Of a stretch of DNA of 33,340 nucleotides, positions 1 to 7,593 are shown one piece after another. The translations under genes were made by a program, and so were the position numbers. Numbering within the stretch: the first letter of the stretch is position 1; every line of letters starts with the position of its first letter. Source of the stretch: a virus (taxonomy: Duplodnaviria > Caudoviricetes); the IMG/VR virus record IMGVR_UViG_3300025751_000073, positions 1 through 33,340 of that record, one strand, 5' to 3'. A model generated the notes under the pieces. It had not been told where the DNA came from. It saw nothing but the letters and a program-made list of their open reading frames with translations, and searched no databases.

Positions 1-210
1 CATATTGATTTACTCACAAACTTGCTCGAAAAGCAAAGAGTGATGTATACTAGGTTATCTCTTTCAGACGATCCTCAAGCAATTGAAATGAAAGAGAACC
101 TTCGCAAATCGGTCGCACTGATGGGTTTTCCAGAAGAGACTGATATGCTAACTTTATTTGATAGTATGAATGCAACTATCAGGTCTCTCAGAGACTATGT
201 TGACGGTTGA
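1..210 (+). CDS. DUF1825-like conserved cyanophage protein, 5'-truncated by window edge
   Basis: Frame 1 is open from base 1 (HIDLLTNLLEKQRVMYTRLSLSDDPQAIEMKE...) to TGA at 208-210. The motif LEKQxxMYTRLSLSDDP and the position just upstream of gp32 match the cyanophage DUF1825 gene as I recall it. Confidence 0.7.
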   Translation, partial: HIDLLTNLLEKQRVMYTRLSLSDDPQAIEMKENLRKSVALMGFPEETDMLTLFDSMNATIRSLRDYVDG

Positions 211-228
211 AGCAATCCTTGCTATACT
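200..228 (+). promoter_or_regulatory. sigma70-type early promoter for gp32
   Basis: TTGACG (200-205), 17-nt spacer, TATACT (223-228), with extended -10 TG at 220-221; 46 nt upstream of the gp32 ATG. Confidence 0.8.
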
Positions 229-268
229 ATCCAAGTAAATCCAAACAAATCCAAACAAATCTAAGGTA
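229..268 (+). repeat. 10-nt tandem repeat in the gp32 5' leader
   Basis: atccaagtaa / atccaaacaa / atccaaacaa / atctaaggta, running into an AAGG SD-like element before ATG 275. Confidence 0.75.
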
Positions 269-274
269 ATTCAA

Positions 275-1207
275 ATGAGTTTTTCTGATCTTAAAAAGAA
301 ATCTAATCTTGGTTCTTTAACTTCTAAACTTGCCAAAGAAGTTGAAAAAATGAACAGTTCTTCTAATCCTGGCGATGAGCGTCAATGGAAACTGGAGTGT
401 GACAAGAGTGGCAATGGTTATGCCGTTATCCGTTTTCTTCCTGCTCCCGAAGGAGAGGATCTTCCTTTCGTAAAACTCTACAGTCACGCATTCCAAGGTC
501 CTGGTGGTTGGTATATTGAAAACTCTTTAACTACTATGGGACAGAAAGATCCCGTATCCGAGTATAATACTGCTTTGTGGAACAATGGCACTGATTCAGG
601 AAAAGATCAGGCACGCAAGCAGAAGCGTAAACTTACTTATGTTTCAAATATCTACGTTGTAAAAGATCCTTCTAATCCCGAAAATGAAGGCAAAGTCTTT
701 CTTTACAAGTATGGTAAGAAAATTTTTGATAAGATTACCGCAGCCATTCAACCCGAGTTCGAGGACGAAGAAGCAATCGATCCATTTGATTTTTGGCAGG
801 GTGCCAACTTCAAACTAAAGGCAAAGAATGTTGCTGGATATCGTAATTATGATTCTTCTGAGTTTTCTCGTTCTTCAGCACTTCTAGATGAAGATGATGA
901 AATGGAGCAAATTTGGAAAAAAGAATATTCTCTTTCTGAACTTGTTGCCCCAGATCAATTTAAGACTTATGATGAATTGAAAAAGCGTCTTGATTATGTT
1001 CTTGGAAATCGTGGAGTTCCTAAAATGCAGGATCAAGAAACTATTGAAATGGAAGAGAGTTGGGAAAGAGAGCGTCGTGGAGAAACTGCAAAAACTTCTA
1101 ATAGCGACTTTAATTCTCCTGACATTACTTTGAGTTCTTCCAAAACCTCAACTTCTGTCGATGACGATGACGAGACACTTGCATTCTTTGCACGTCTTGC
1201 TGATTGA
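275..1207 (+). CDS. gp32: T4-like single-stranded DNA-binding protein gp32
   Basis: Motifs DKSGNGYAVIRFLPAP, HAFQGPGGWYIENSLTT, KYGKKIFDKI, GANFKLK and YRNYDSSEF, plus an acidic C-terminal tail (DDDDETLAFFARLAD). Confidence 0.97.
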   Translation: MSFSDLKKKSNLGSLTSKLAKEVEKMNSSSNPGDERQWKLECDKSGNGYAVIRFLPAPEGEDLPFVKLYSHAFQGPGGWYIENSLTTMGQKDPVSEYNTALWNNGTDSGKDQARKQKRKLTYVSNIYVVKDPSNPENEGKVFLYKYGKKIFDKITAAIQPEFEDEEAIDPFDFWQGANFKLKAKNVAGYRNYDSSEFSRSSALLDEDDEMEQIWKKEYSLSELVAPDQFKTYDELKKRLDYVLGNRGVPKMQDQETIEMEESWERERRGETAKTSNSDFNSPDITLSSSKTSTSVDDDDETLAFFARLAD

Positions 1208-1290
1208 CTCTTCTTATTACTTCCGTTTATTATGAATTGTCGCTCAAGACTATTATATTGACCGTGTAAGTAAATCCAAATCCTCAGAGC

Positions 1291-1336
1291 AAGGGTGCTG
1301 AGAGAGAATGAAAAGATTGCTCTCGTAAGCACCTTT
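1291..1336. terminator. Long imperfect hairpin between convergent gp32 and gp53 (candidate bidirectional terminator or structured RNA)
   Basis: aagggtgct (1291-1299) pairs with agcaccttt (1328-1336); inner gagag/ctctc and aat/att close a gaaaag loop. Lies between convergent stop codons. Confidence 0.5.
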
Positions 1337-1368
1337 ACATAACGATTTTTGATAAAAAAATAAAATTA

Positions 1369-2016
1369 TTATGGACTGACCACTCTAGTATTTTCAGTCC
1401 TAATTAATTTATCCTCTATAAATTGAGAAGATTGATCATAAATCATAATATTCCTCATATCATTCAAAAATTGTTGTAAGTATGAATCTTTCAATAGAAA
1501 AATAGAAGATTTTTTATTATTTTCTCTTACTTCATATTCATAATTACTAACACTTACTACTGGATTTATTTTTACTTTTGGTTCATTTGGATTTGGTATT
1601 TGAAAATCAGAGTCTACAATTTTACCTTTAGGTAAAATTAACCTACCTTCACTATCTTTTACTTCTTTTGTTTCGTAGTAATGTGGACTATTTAATTCCA
1701 ATCCATATTTTCTTTCAGAGTATTTGTATAATTCATAGTTTGATAATGGCCATTCATCTCTGACATTAATAATACCAGCAGTCATTAAAACAACCCAATC
1801 AAATTCACTATTTCCATAGTATTCTTCTGCAACAGTATCTGGTCTTCCTCCCTCCACGATTTCATATTTTTCAAAAAGAGTAACTGCATAACTTAGATCA
1901 TCTCGCAATTTATTTCTTCGAAATAAATTTTTAACTCTTATAAAATTTTGTGATGAGTTGCTATTTGGCAAAAATGATTGATAGTCTAGATCTGGAAGTT
2001 CTCTGAAATAACCCAT
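1369..2016 (-). CDS. gp53: Baseplate wedge subunit gp53
   Basis: MGYFRELPDL start, KNLFRR, and LysM-like RPDTVAEEYYG...DWVVL...EWPL; adjacent to gp48. Confidence 0.9.
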   Translation of the reverse strand: MGYFRELPDLDYQSFLPNSNSSQNFIRVKNLFRRNKLRDDLSYAVTLFEKYEIVEGGRPDTVAEEYYGNSEFDWVVLMTAGIINVRDEWPLSNYELYKYSERKYGLELNSPHYYETKEVKDSEGRLILPKGKIVDSDFQIPNPNEPKVKINPVVSVSNYEYEVRENNKKSSIFLLKDSYLQQFLNDMRNIMIYDQSSQFIEDKLIRTENTRVVSP

Positions 2017-2018
2017 TT

Positions 2019-2960
2019 TTAGTAACCTACTCCTTCGTAATCAGTGTTATAATCAACATCATAAATTGGTTGAATTTCCTTAAATGATAAGGATAGTTCA
2101 ATTGCTACTGGACTTCCATTATCATAAGTTGCATAAACTCCTTCAGGAGAATAATTCACATTAATATTTTCTAAAAAACATTGTTTGAACTTATTCAAGA
2201 ATTTATGTTCATTATTCCCTTGTTTATAAGATAATTGAAAAACATTGGGTGTTCTTAAAAAAGTTTCATTGTTAGTGTTACCAATTGCACCTATTTTAGG
2301 AGCCATATATCTTTTAAATGAATTTATAATGAGTTTTATTTCCTGAGATTCTTCTTCATTTCTTGGTGTCATTTTAAAGGTAAAATTAAAACTTCTTAAA
2401 GATGGTCCATTAAATAAAAGTTCCATATTTGGATTCATTATTTGACCAGTTTGTCTAGATAAAATTTGATCAGGCGATATAGATACATTCACTAGACCTG
2501 CTGCTCCTGATGCTAATTGTCTTGTAAACATGCCTTGTATTCCACTCATACCACCAGCAGCATTTTTGACACTAGTAAAAAACTTTTTGCCAGCTTCGAA
2601 TGTTTGTGATGGATTAAGTCCATTTTCTCCAATTAAAGATTCTCCAGATTCCATTACACCAATAATTCCACCCAGACCAGCTGCTGCAATGCTATTCAGA
2701 CTTGAATCCCCATATTTTACACTATTTGCATCCTGAATAGATTGTGGTATTGGTAATATTATCGTTTTTATAACTTCGCTAGAGCTAGGATTAATATTTC
2801 TTCTTCCTCCTGATGAAGAAATAAAATTATTATTCTCACCAATGGGACTATATTTTATGATATTAATTTTTAAATAGTCTGTAGTTGAATCTATTATTTT
2901 TTTAGGATACCTTAATCTTTTTTTGGCATTATTTTTTTGATTTGTGTTATTAGATTTCAT
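2019..2960 (-). CDS. gp48: Baseplate tail-tube cap gp48
   Basis: LRYP, IILPIP..IQD.N.V.Y, NPNMELLFNGPSLRSFNFTFKMTPRN, and C-terminal LSLSFKEIQPIY. Confidence 0.9.
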   Translation of the reverse strand: MKSNNTNQKNNAKKRLRYPKKIIDSTTDYLKINIIKYSPIGENNNFISSSGGRRNINPSSSEVIKTIILPIPQSIQDANSVKYGDSSLNSIAAAGLGGIIGVMESGESLIGENGLNPSQTFEAGKKFFTSVKNAAGGMSGIQGMFTRQLASGAAGLVNVSISPDQILSRQTGQIMNPNMELLFNGPSLRSFNFTFKMTPRNEEESQEIKLIINSFKRYMAPKIGAIGNTNNETFLRTPNVFQLSYKQGNNEHKFLNKFKQCFLENINVNYSPEGVYATYDNGSPVAIELSLSFKEIQPIYDVDYNTDYEGVGY

Positions 2961-2973
2961 TTATTTTTTTTAA

Positions 2974-3366
2974 TTATTTAGAACGAATACTTGTAAAATT
3001 GAGTTCTATAACGTCAGACATTTCTTCTGGATAAATTTCATAAATTTGTCCTTGAATTTGATCGTAATTATATTGCCTTCTATCACGCCAGTGAAAATTA
3101 ATTCCACGAAATCCCCATAAGAATACATCAGTCACGCCAACGAGTGGAAATTCATCATATTCTATATTATTAGTTTTGGCACGATAAACAAAGGTATAAT
3201 ACTTTCCAGAAGTGGGAATTTTTCCACTTTCAGACAAAACACTTAGGAGATTTTGCATAATATCATCTGCACTTTCTGTGCCTATTAAATCACGAACAAC
3301 ACCACGCACACGATTTTCTTGGTCGTCTGTTGGATTTCTTCTCTGTTTGAGTGTCTTTCTTGGCAT
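2974..3366 (-). CDS. gp2: gp2-like DNA end protector protein (short form)
   Basis: GKYYTFVYRAK...YDEFPLV...GFRGINFHW resembles the T4 gp2 core (F.Y..K...D.FPL...G.N.H). It lies next to gp4, as in T4. Confidence 0.7.
   Translation of the reverse strand: MPRKTLKQRRNPTDDQENRVRGVVRDLIGTESADDIMQNLLSVLSESGKIPTSGKYYTFVYRAKTNNIEYDEFPLVGVTDVFLWGFRGINFHWRDRRQYNYDQIQGQIYEIYPEEMSDVIELNFTSIRSK
2975..2982 (-). promoter_or_regulatory. T4-type late promoter variant (TCTAAATA) for gp48-gp53
   Basis: tatttaga on + reads TCTAAATA on -, 14 nt upstream of the gp48 start. Confidence 0.55.
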
Positions 3367-3367
3367 T

Positions 3368-3375
3368 TATTTATA
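3368..3375 (-). promoter_or_regulatory. Perfect T4 late promoter consensus TATAAATA between gp4 and gp2-like
   Basis: tatttata on + at 3368-3375. It is only 1 nt from the annotated ATG, so it may serve downstream genes or a later start. Confidence 0.5.
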
Positions 3376-3376
3376 T

Positions 3377-3808
3377 CTAAAACAATTCATTCTCAGTTAA
3401 TACTTTAAACTCATAACCACGATCTAAGCACCATTCTTTTGCTGCCTCCCATTTTGCTTGGTTTTTGGCATATTCAACAACTTCATAGATGTAACCTTTT
3501 GTCTTTCTCTTTTGGATTTTAGGTTCGATGCACTGCTTATATGGTTTAATTTCAACTATCATTTTTTTAATTTTCCCAGTTGATTCTTTGACCTTAATGT
3601 AAAAATCTGGAAAATATCGATGATATTTATTATCGATTGGTGATCGGTAGGGGACGACAATCTCTTCACTTCCCCACTCCAATATATTTTCATTCAGATC
3701 ACAATATCTCATAAATTTTCTTTCCCATAAAGAACGATAGATGATATTGGTATAATCTCCCTTATATTTTTTAGGATAAGAAGGTTGATATTTTCCTTTA
3801 TATGACAT
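3377..3808 (-). CDS. gp4: Head completion protein gp4 (TnsA-like nuclease fold)
   Basis: MSYKGKYQP..PKKYKGD..NIIYRSLWERKFM, WGSEE, HRYFPDF, VEIKP, NQAKWEAA, F.VLTE. Confidence 0.95.
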   Translation of the reverse strand: MSYKGKYQPSYPKKYKGDYTNIIYRSLWERKFMRYCDLNENILEWGSEEIVVPYRSPIDNKYHRYFPDFYIKVKESTGKIKKMIVEIKPYKQCIEPKIQKRKTKGYIYEVVEYAKNQAKWEAAKEWCLDRGYEFKVLTENELF

Positions 3809-3845
3809 CTAAATAATTAATAACAAAGTCTATACACTATTTAGA
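3808..3845. promoter_or_regulatory. Pair of inverted TCTAAATA late-promoter variants in the divergent gp4 / gp54-like intergenic gap
   Basis: TCTAAATA on + at 3808-3815 and on - at 3838-3845; each points toward the gene starting about 30 nt downstream. Confidence 0.65.
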
Positions 3846-4589
3846 GTGCCAATACAAAAATTTAGTAGAAATAATAAAGGTGGTGAAGATAATGTTGTAG
3901 ATCCTCAACTTTTGTTTGGGAATTTATCACAAACAAATTATTATCAATTAGATTTTTCTTCTCTTGGAACTTTTTCTCCAAATAAAAAACTTATAAAACA
4001 TTTGAAAGATAATTTTAATGTTAACTTAGATTTTATTTCTAGAAGTTCTGGTCTTTTGTGCTCAGAAGCATCTTTACCCGGATCAACTTTAGCAACTTCT
4101 GAAGTAAAAGGTAATTTTATGGGCATATCTGAGGAATTTGCTCATAGTAGAGTCTATGCACCATTTGATTGTACATTTTACGTTGATAATAATTATAACA
4201 ATTTGAGGTTTTTTGAGGGGTGGATTGATTATATTTCTAGTGGAAATTCGCAAAATATTATGGATGCAAATTACTATCGTAGAATGAGATATCCAGATAC
4301 TTATAAGTGTCAGTCTTTATCTATTATAAAATTTGAAAGAAACACAGATACAAAAACGATTAAATATTCATTCCTCAATGCATTTCCAAAGCTATTAAAC
4401 GCAGTTCCTGTTTCTTATGGTGGTGCTGATATTTTAAAAGTTGGTGTATCTTTTGTTTATGATAGATATGTTGTAGATAGAACTGAAACTTTTTCCTCAG
4501 GTGAGCAAAAAAATTCACAACTTCGTCAAGGTGAAGGTACTAAACAGGAACCACTTCCTTTTATATATGAACAAGGTCGTATTATCTGA
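3846..4589 (+). CDS. Tail-tube-fold baseplate protein (gp54/gp19-like tube initiator)
   Basis: LLCSEASLPG, F...R.Y..FD.TFYVD, FFEGWIDYI, Y.F.NAFP and V.F.YDRY are tube-family motifs. GTG start; upstream of gp26. Confidence 0.75.
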   Translation: MPIQKFSRNNKGGEDNVVDPQLLFGNLSQTNYYQLDFSSLGTFSPNKKLIKHLKDNFNVNLDFISRSSGLLCSEASLPGSTLATSEVKGNFMGISEEFAHSRVYAPFDCTFYVDNNYNNLRFFEGWIDYISSGNSQNIMDANYYRRMRYPDTYKCQSLSIIKFERNTDTKTIKYSFLNAFPKLLNAVPVSYGGADILKVGVSFVYDRYVVDRTETFSSGEQKNSQLRQGEGTKQEPLPFIYEQGRII

Positions 4590-4597
4590 TATAAATA
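4590..4597 (+). promoter_or_regulatory. T4 late promoter TATAAATA for the gp26 operon
   Basis: Exact TATAAATA 28 nt upstream of ATG 4626. Confidence 0.8.
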
Positions 4598-4625
4598 TCA
4601 ATAATTAATATTATTGCAAATTATT

Positions 4626-5348
4626 ATGCCATTACCTAAGATTAATACCCCAACCTATGAGTTGACAGTGCCTTCAACGGGAAAAAAAATCAAATACAGA
4701 CCTTTTCTTGTAAGAGAAGAAAAGATTTTAATTATGGCAATGGAAACTGAAAATATGAAGGATATTACAAATTCTATCGTTCAAATTCTTTCAGATTGTA
4801 TTCTTACTGAGAATGTCAAGGTAGAATCTCTTGCAACTTTTGATATTGAATATTTGTTCCTAAATGTCAGAGCAAGGTCTGTTGGAGAAACTGTTGATGT
4901 AAATGTTACCTGCCCTGATGATAATGAAACACAGGTTGAAATGACGATTGATATTGATTCAATCAAAATTCAAAAAACTAGAGGACATAAGAATATTATC
5001 AAACTGGATGATAATCTTTCTATGAAACTTCGTTATCCTTCAATAGATCAGTTTGTTGAGAGCAATTTTGAAACTGCGGAGGTTCTAAGTAATGTTGGAC
5101 AATCACTCTCAATGATTACATCGTGTATTGATATGATCTATAATGAGGAAGAAACTTGGGAAGCAGCAGATTTTTCTAAGAAAGAACTTGATGAATTTAT
5201 TGAGCAAATGAACACAAAACAGTTCAAACAAATTGAGAAGTTCTTCACCACAATGCCAAAACTCTCTCATACGATTGCAGTAAAGAATCCAAATACTGGC
5301 GTTGAATCTGAAGTTGTTCTTGAGGGATTAGCAGCTTTTTTCAGTTGA
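4626..5348 (+). CDS. gp26: Baseplate hub assembly protein gp26
   Basis: MPLPKINTPTYELTVPS.GKKIKYRPFLVREEKIL, FDIEYLFL..RARSVGE, FF.TMPKL, LEGLAAFF. ATG 4626 preferred over the TTG at 4614. Confidence 0.95.
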   Translation: MPLPKINTPTYELTVPSTGKKIKYRPFLVREEKILIMAMETENMKDITNSIVQILSDCILTENVKVESLATFDIEYLFLNVRARSVGETVDVNVTCPDDNETQVEMTIDIDSIKIQKTRGHKNIIKLDDNLSMKLRYPSIDQFVESNFETAEVLSNVGQSLSMITSCIDMIYNEEETWEAADFSKKELDEFIEQMNTKQFKQIEKFFTTMPKLSHTIAVKNPNTGVESEVVLEGLAAFFS

Positions 5349-5530
5349 GTATGGCTCACACAACTCTTGAGTCATACTATAAAATTAATTTTGCATTACT
5401 ACAGCATCATAAATATTCATTGACGGAGTTAGAAAATATGATTCCATGGGAAAGAGAAATATATATTTCATTACTTCAACAATATATTGAAGAAGAAAAT
5501 CTAAAAGCGCAGCAACAAAGTGGAATCTAA
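5345..5530 (+). CDS. gp51: Baseplate hub assembly catalyst gp51
   Basis: YYKINFALLQHHKYSLTELENMIPWEREIY motif directly after gp26. The true start may be the ATG at 5351. Confidence 0.9.
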   Translation: MSMAHTTLESYYKINFALLQHHKYSLTELENMIPWEREIYISLLQQYIEEENLKAQQQSGI

Positions 5531-7589
5531 TTTAAATTTACCATCTAGTAATAGATTAAAATTAAATAACACTAAAATAAAATCTACATCTTTTATTAAA
5601 AAAGGTGATCTTAGTATTAAATCTCCATTAAAAGATATCCATAAAACCATGGGCAAAATTTTTGCTCATATTAGAAAATTATTTACTCGAATTGGTTTTA
5701 TAGAAAAAAAACTTTTTGATATAGAAAAAAGTTTAGTATTTCAATCTAAAGTAAATGGAAAAATAAATGAAAGATTTATAAAAACGGAAAAAGTAAATGG
5801 AAAAATAAATGAAAGACTTATAAAAACGGAAAAAGTAATTGAGAAAATTGAAAAAACTTTAATTGGAAAAATAAATGAAAGACTTATAAAAACGGAAAAA
5901 GTAAATGAAAAAATAAATGAAAGACTTATAAAAACGGAAAAAGTAAATGAAAAAATAAATGAAAGATTTATAAAAACGGAAAAAGTAATTAAGAAAATTC
6001 AAAAAACTTTAATTGGAAAAATAAATGAAAGATTTATAAAAACGGAAAAAGTAATTAAGAAAATTGAAAAAACTTTAATTGGAAAAATAAATGAAAGACT
6101 TATAAAAACGGAAAAAGTAATTGAGAAAATTGAAAAAACTTTAATTGGAAAAATAAATGAAAGACTTACAAAAACGGAAAAAGTAAATGAGAAAATTGAA
6201 AAAACTTTAATTGGAAAAATAAATGAAAGACTTATAAAAACGGAAAAAGTAATTGAGAAAATTGAAAAAAAGAACGAGAAAAATAAATCTTTTGGTCAAG
6301 GTGAAGGTAAAAGTGATATAGAAAAATCTTTAAAAGAAACTAATCAAATTCTTGTTCTAATTCAGAAAGAACTGATGAGATCTTCTGCACTTAGATCAAG
6401 AGAAGAAAAGGCAAAATCTGATAGAGCAAAGAGAAGTTCTTCTAGAGCAAAACTTGGCATAGAAGAAAGTCAGTTAGAAAAATCTTCCAAAAACATAAAA
6501 AGTTCTGTAGGTGAAAAAGCAGAGGAAACTGTGGCACCTGTAAAAGGTATGTTTGGTCGTATTATGGATTTTGTGCAAACTCTTGCTTTGGGTATTGCAG
6601 GTAATGCCATATTTGGATGGTTGAAGAATCCAGAAAATATGGAAAAAGTGAAGGGATGGTTTAGTTGGATTAAAGAAAATTGGGGATGGGCAGTTGCTGC
6701 AATTGGTGCTATTGCACTGGCGCCTTTAGTTGGAGTCATTACTACAATAATCGGCACATTATCATTGCTAGCACCAGTTCTTATTCCAATTGCTCCACTA
6801 TTATTAAAAGCATTGGCTATTGTTGGTGGTATAGTTCTTGCATATAAAGGATTAGAAGCAGGATTTAATGCTGTAAGAAATGCTACCACAGGTGGATCCG
6901 AATATAGTGAAGCACATGATGTGCTTGATCAAAAATTAAGAGATGCCGGACTTGATCTAGACGGCAAAAAGAGAGAGGGTGGATTCCTTGGAATAGGAAG
7001 AAAAGAAGTTGAAATGACTGATGCTGAGAAAAAACTTGCATCAGATGTTTTGGCAAAGAGAGAACAACTTAATAGTATGAGAGATGATATGAGGAGCGAG
7101 ATTAGAAAAAAGCACTCAGACATGGATAAAAATTCCGGGTTGAGTGGATTTTCTTCTCAAGATGAGGTTAATAAGTTTAATGAAAATAAGTCTGCAGCAG
7201 AAAAAGAAATTAGAGCAAAATATGCAGAAAAAATAACTCAGATTGTTCCATTAAATATTGAAGCAAGAGAAAAGGGTGGTCCTGTTGCCGCAGGAAAACC
7301 ATATCTTGTGGGTGAAGGGGGACCAGAACTGTTCTCTCCAAATATTAATGGATCTATCGTTAATAATATGAGGACGGAAAAAATATATCAAATGATTTCT
7401 TCTGGTAGAAGAGGTCGTGGTGGTATTAATATGATTAATTTTCCTCCAATTACAAATCAGTTACCACCACCACCATTACCAAACATGAGTGGTGGTGGAG
7501 AAGAAACTGAAGTTCCTGATATTTCCAGTACAAATATGGCAGATCCATATCGTCAATTGAGCCCAATGTTATATGGAATAACGGTGTAA
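5520..7589 (+). CDS. Tape-measure-like tail/baseplate protein with expanded coiled-coil repeats and hydrophobic segments
   Basis: K/E/I coiled-coil repeats, a hydrophobic stretch at about 6681-6845, and C-terminal GGPV.AG.PYLVGE.GPELF.P...G.I motif typical of tape-measure C-termini. Follows gp51. Confidence 0.65.
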   Translation: MESNLNLPSSNRLKLNNTKIKSTSFIKKGDLSIKSPLKDIHKTMGKIFAHIRKLFTRIGFIEKKLFDIEKSLVFQSKVNGKINERFIKTEKVNGKINERLIKTEKVIEKIEKTLIGKINERLIKTEKVNEKINERLIKTEKVNEKINERFIKTEKVIKKIQKTLIGKINERFIKTEKVIKKIEKTLIGKINERLIKTEKVIEKIEKTLIGKINERLTKTEKVNEKIEKTLIGKINERLIKTEKVIEKIEKKNEKNKSFGQGEGKSDIEKSLKETNQILVLIQKELMRSSALRSREEKAKSDRAKRSSSRAKLGIEESQLEKSSKNIKSSVGEKAEETVAPVKGMFGRIMDFVQTLALGIAGNAIFGWLKNPENMEKVKGWFSWIKENWGWAVAAIGAIALAPLVGVITTIIGTLSLLAPVLIPIAPLLLKALAIVGGIVLAYKGLEAGFNAVRNATTGGSEYSEAHDVLDQKLRDAGLDLDGKKREGGFLGIGRKEVEMTDAEKKLASDVLAKREQLNSMRDDMRSEIRKKHSDMDKNSGLSGFSSQDEVNKFNENKSAAEKEIRAKYAEKITQIVPLNIEAREKGGPVAAGKPYLVGEGGPELFSPNINGSIVNNMRTEKIYQMISSGRRGRGGINMINFPPITNQLPPPPLPNMSGGGEETEVPDISSTNMADPYRQLSPMLYGITV
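5748..6270 (+). repeat. Intragenic composite tandem repeat (42- and 66-nt units; core KINER[L/F]IKTEKV)
   Basis: Core gaaaga[c/t]tta[t/c]aaaaacggaaaaagtaa at 5769, 5811, 5877, 5919, 5961, 6027, 6093, 6159 and 6225. Confidence 0.95.
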
Positions 7590-7593
7590 TATT

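Noticed and set aside
1033-1332. 99-aa minus-strand ORF overlapping the gp32 3' end
   Set aside because: GTG start lies within the hairpin with no clear SD, and more than half is antisense to gp32. A short peptide cannot be strictly excluded.
3377-3808. TnsA-like nuclease motif suggesting a transposon
   Set aside because: This is the known fold of T4 gp4 in its normal context; there are no terminal repeats or transposase partners.
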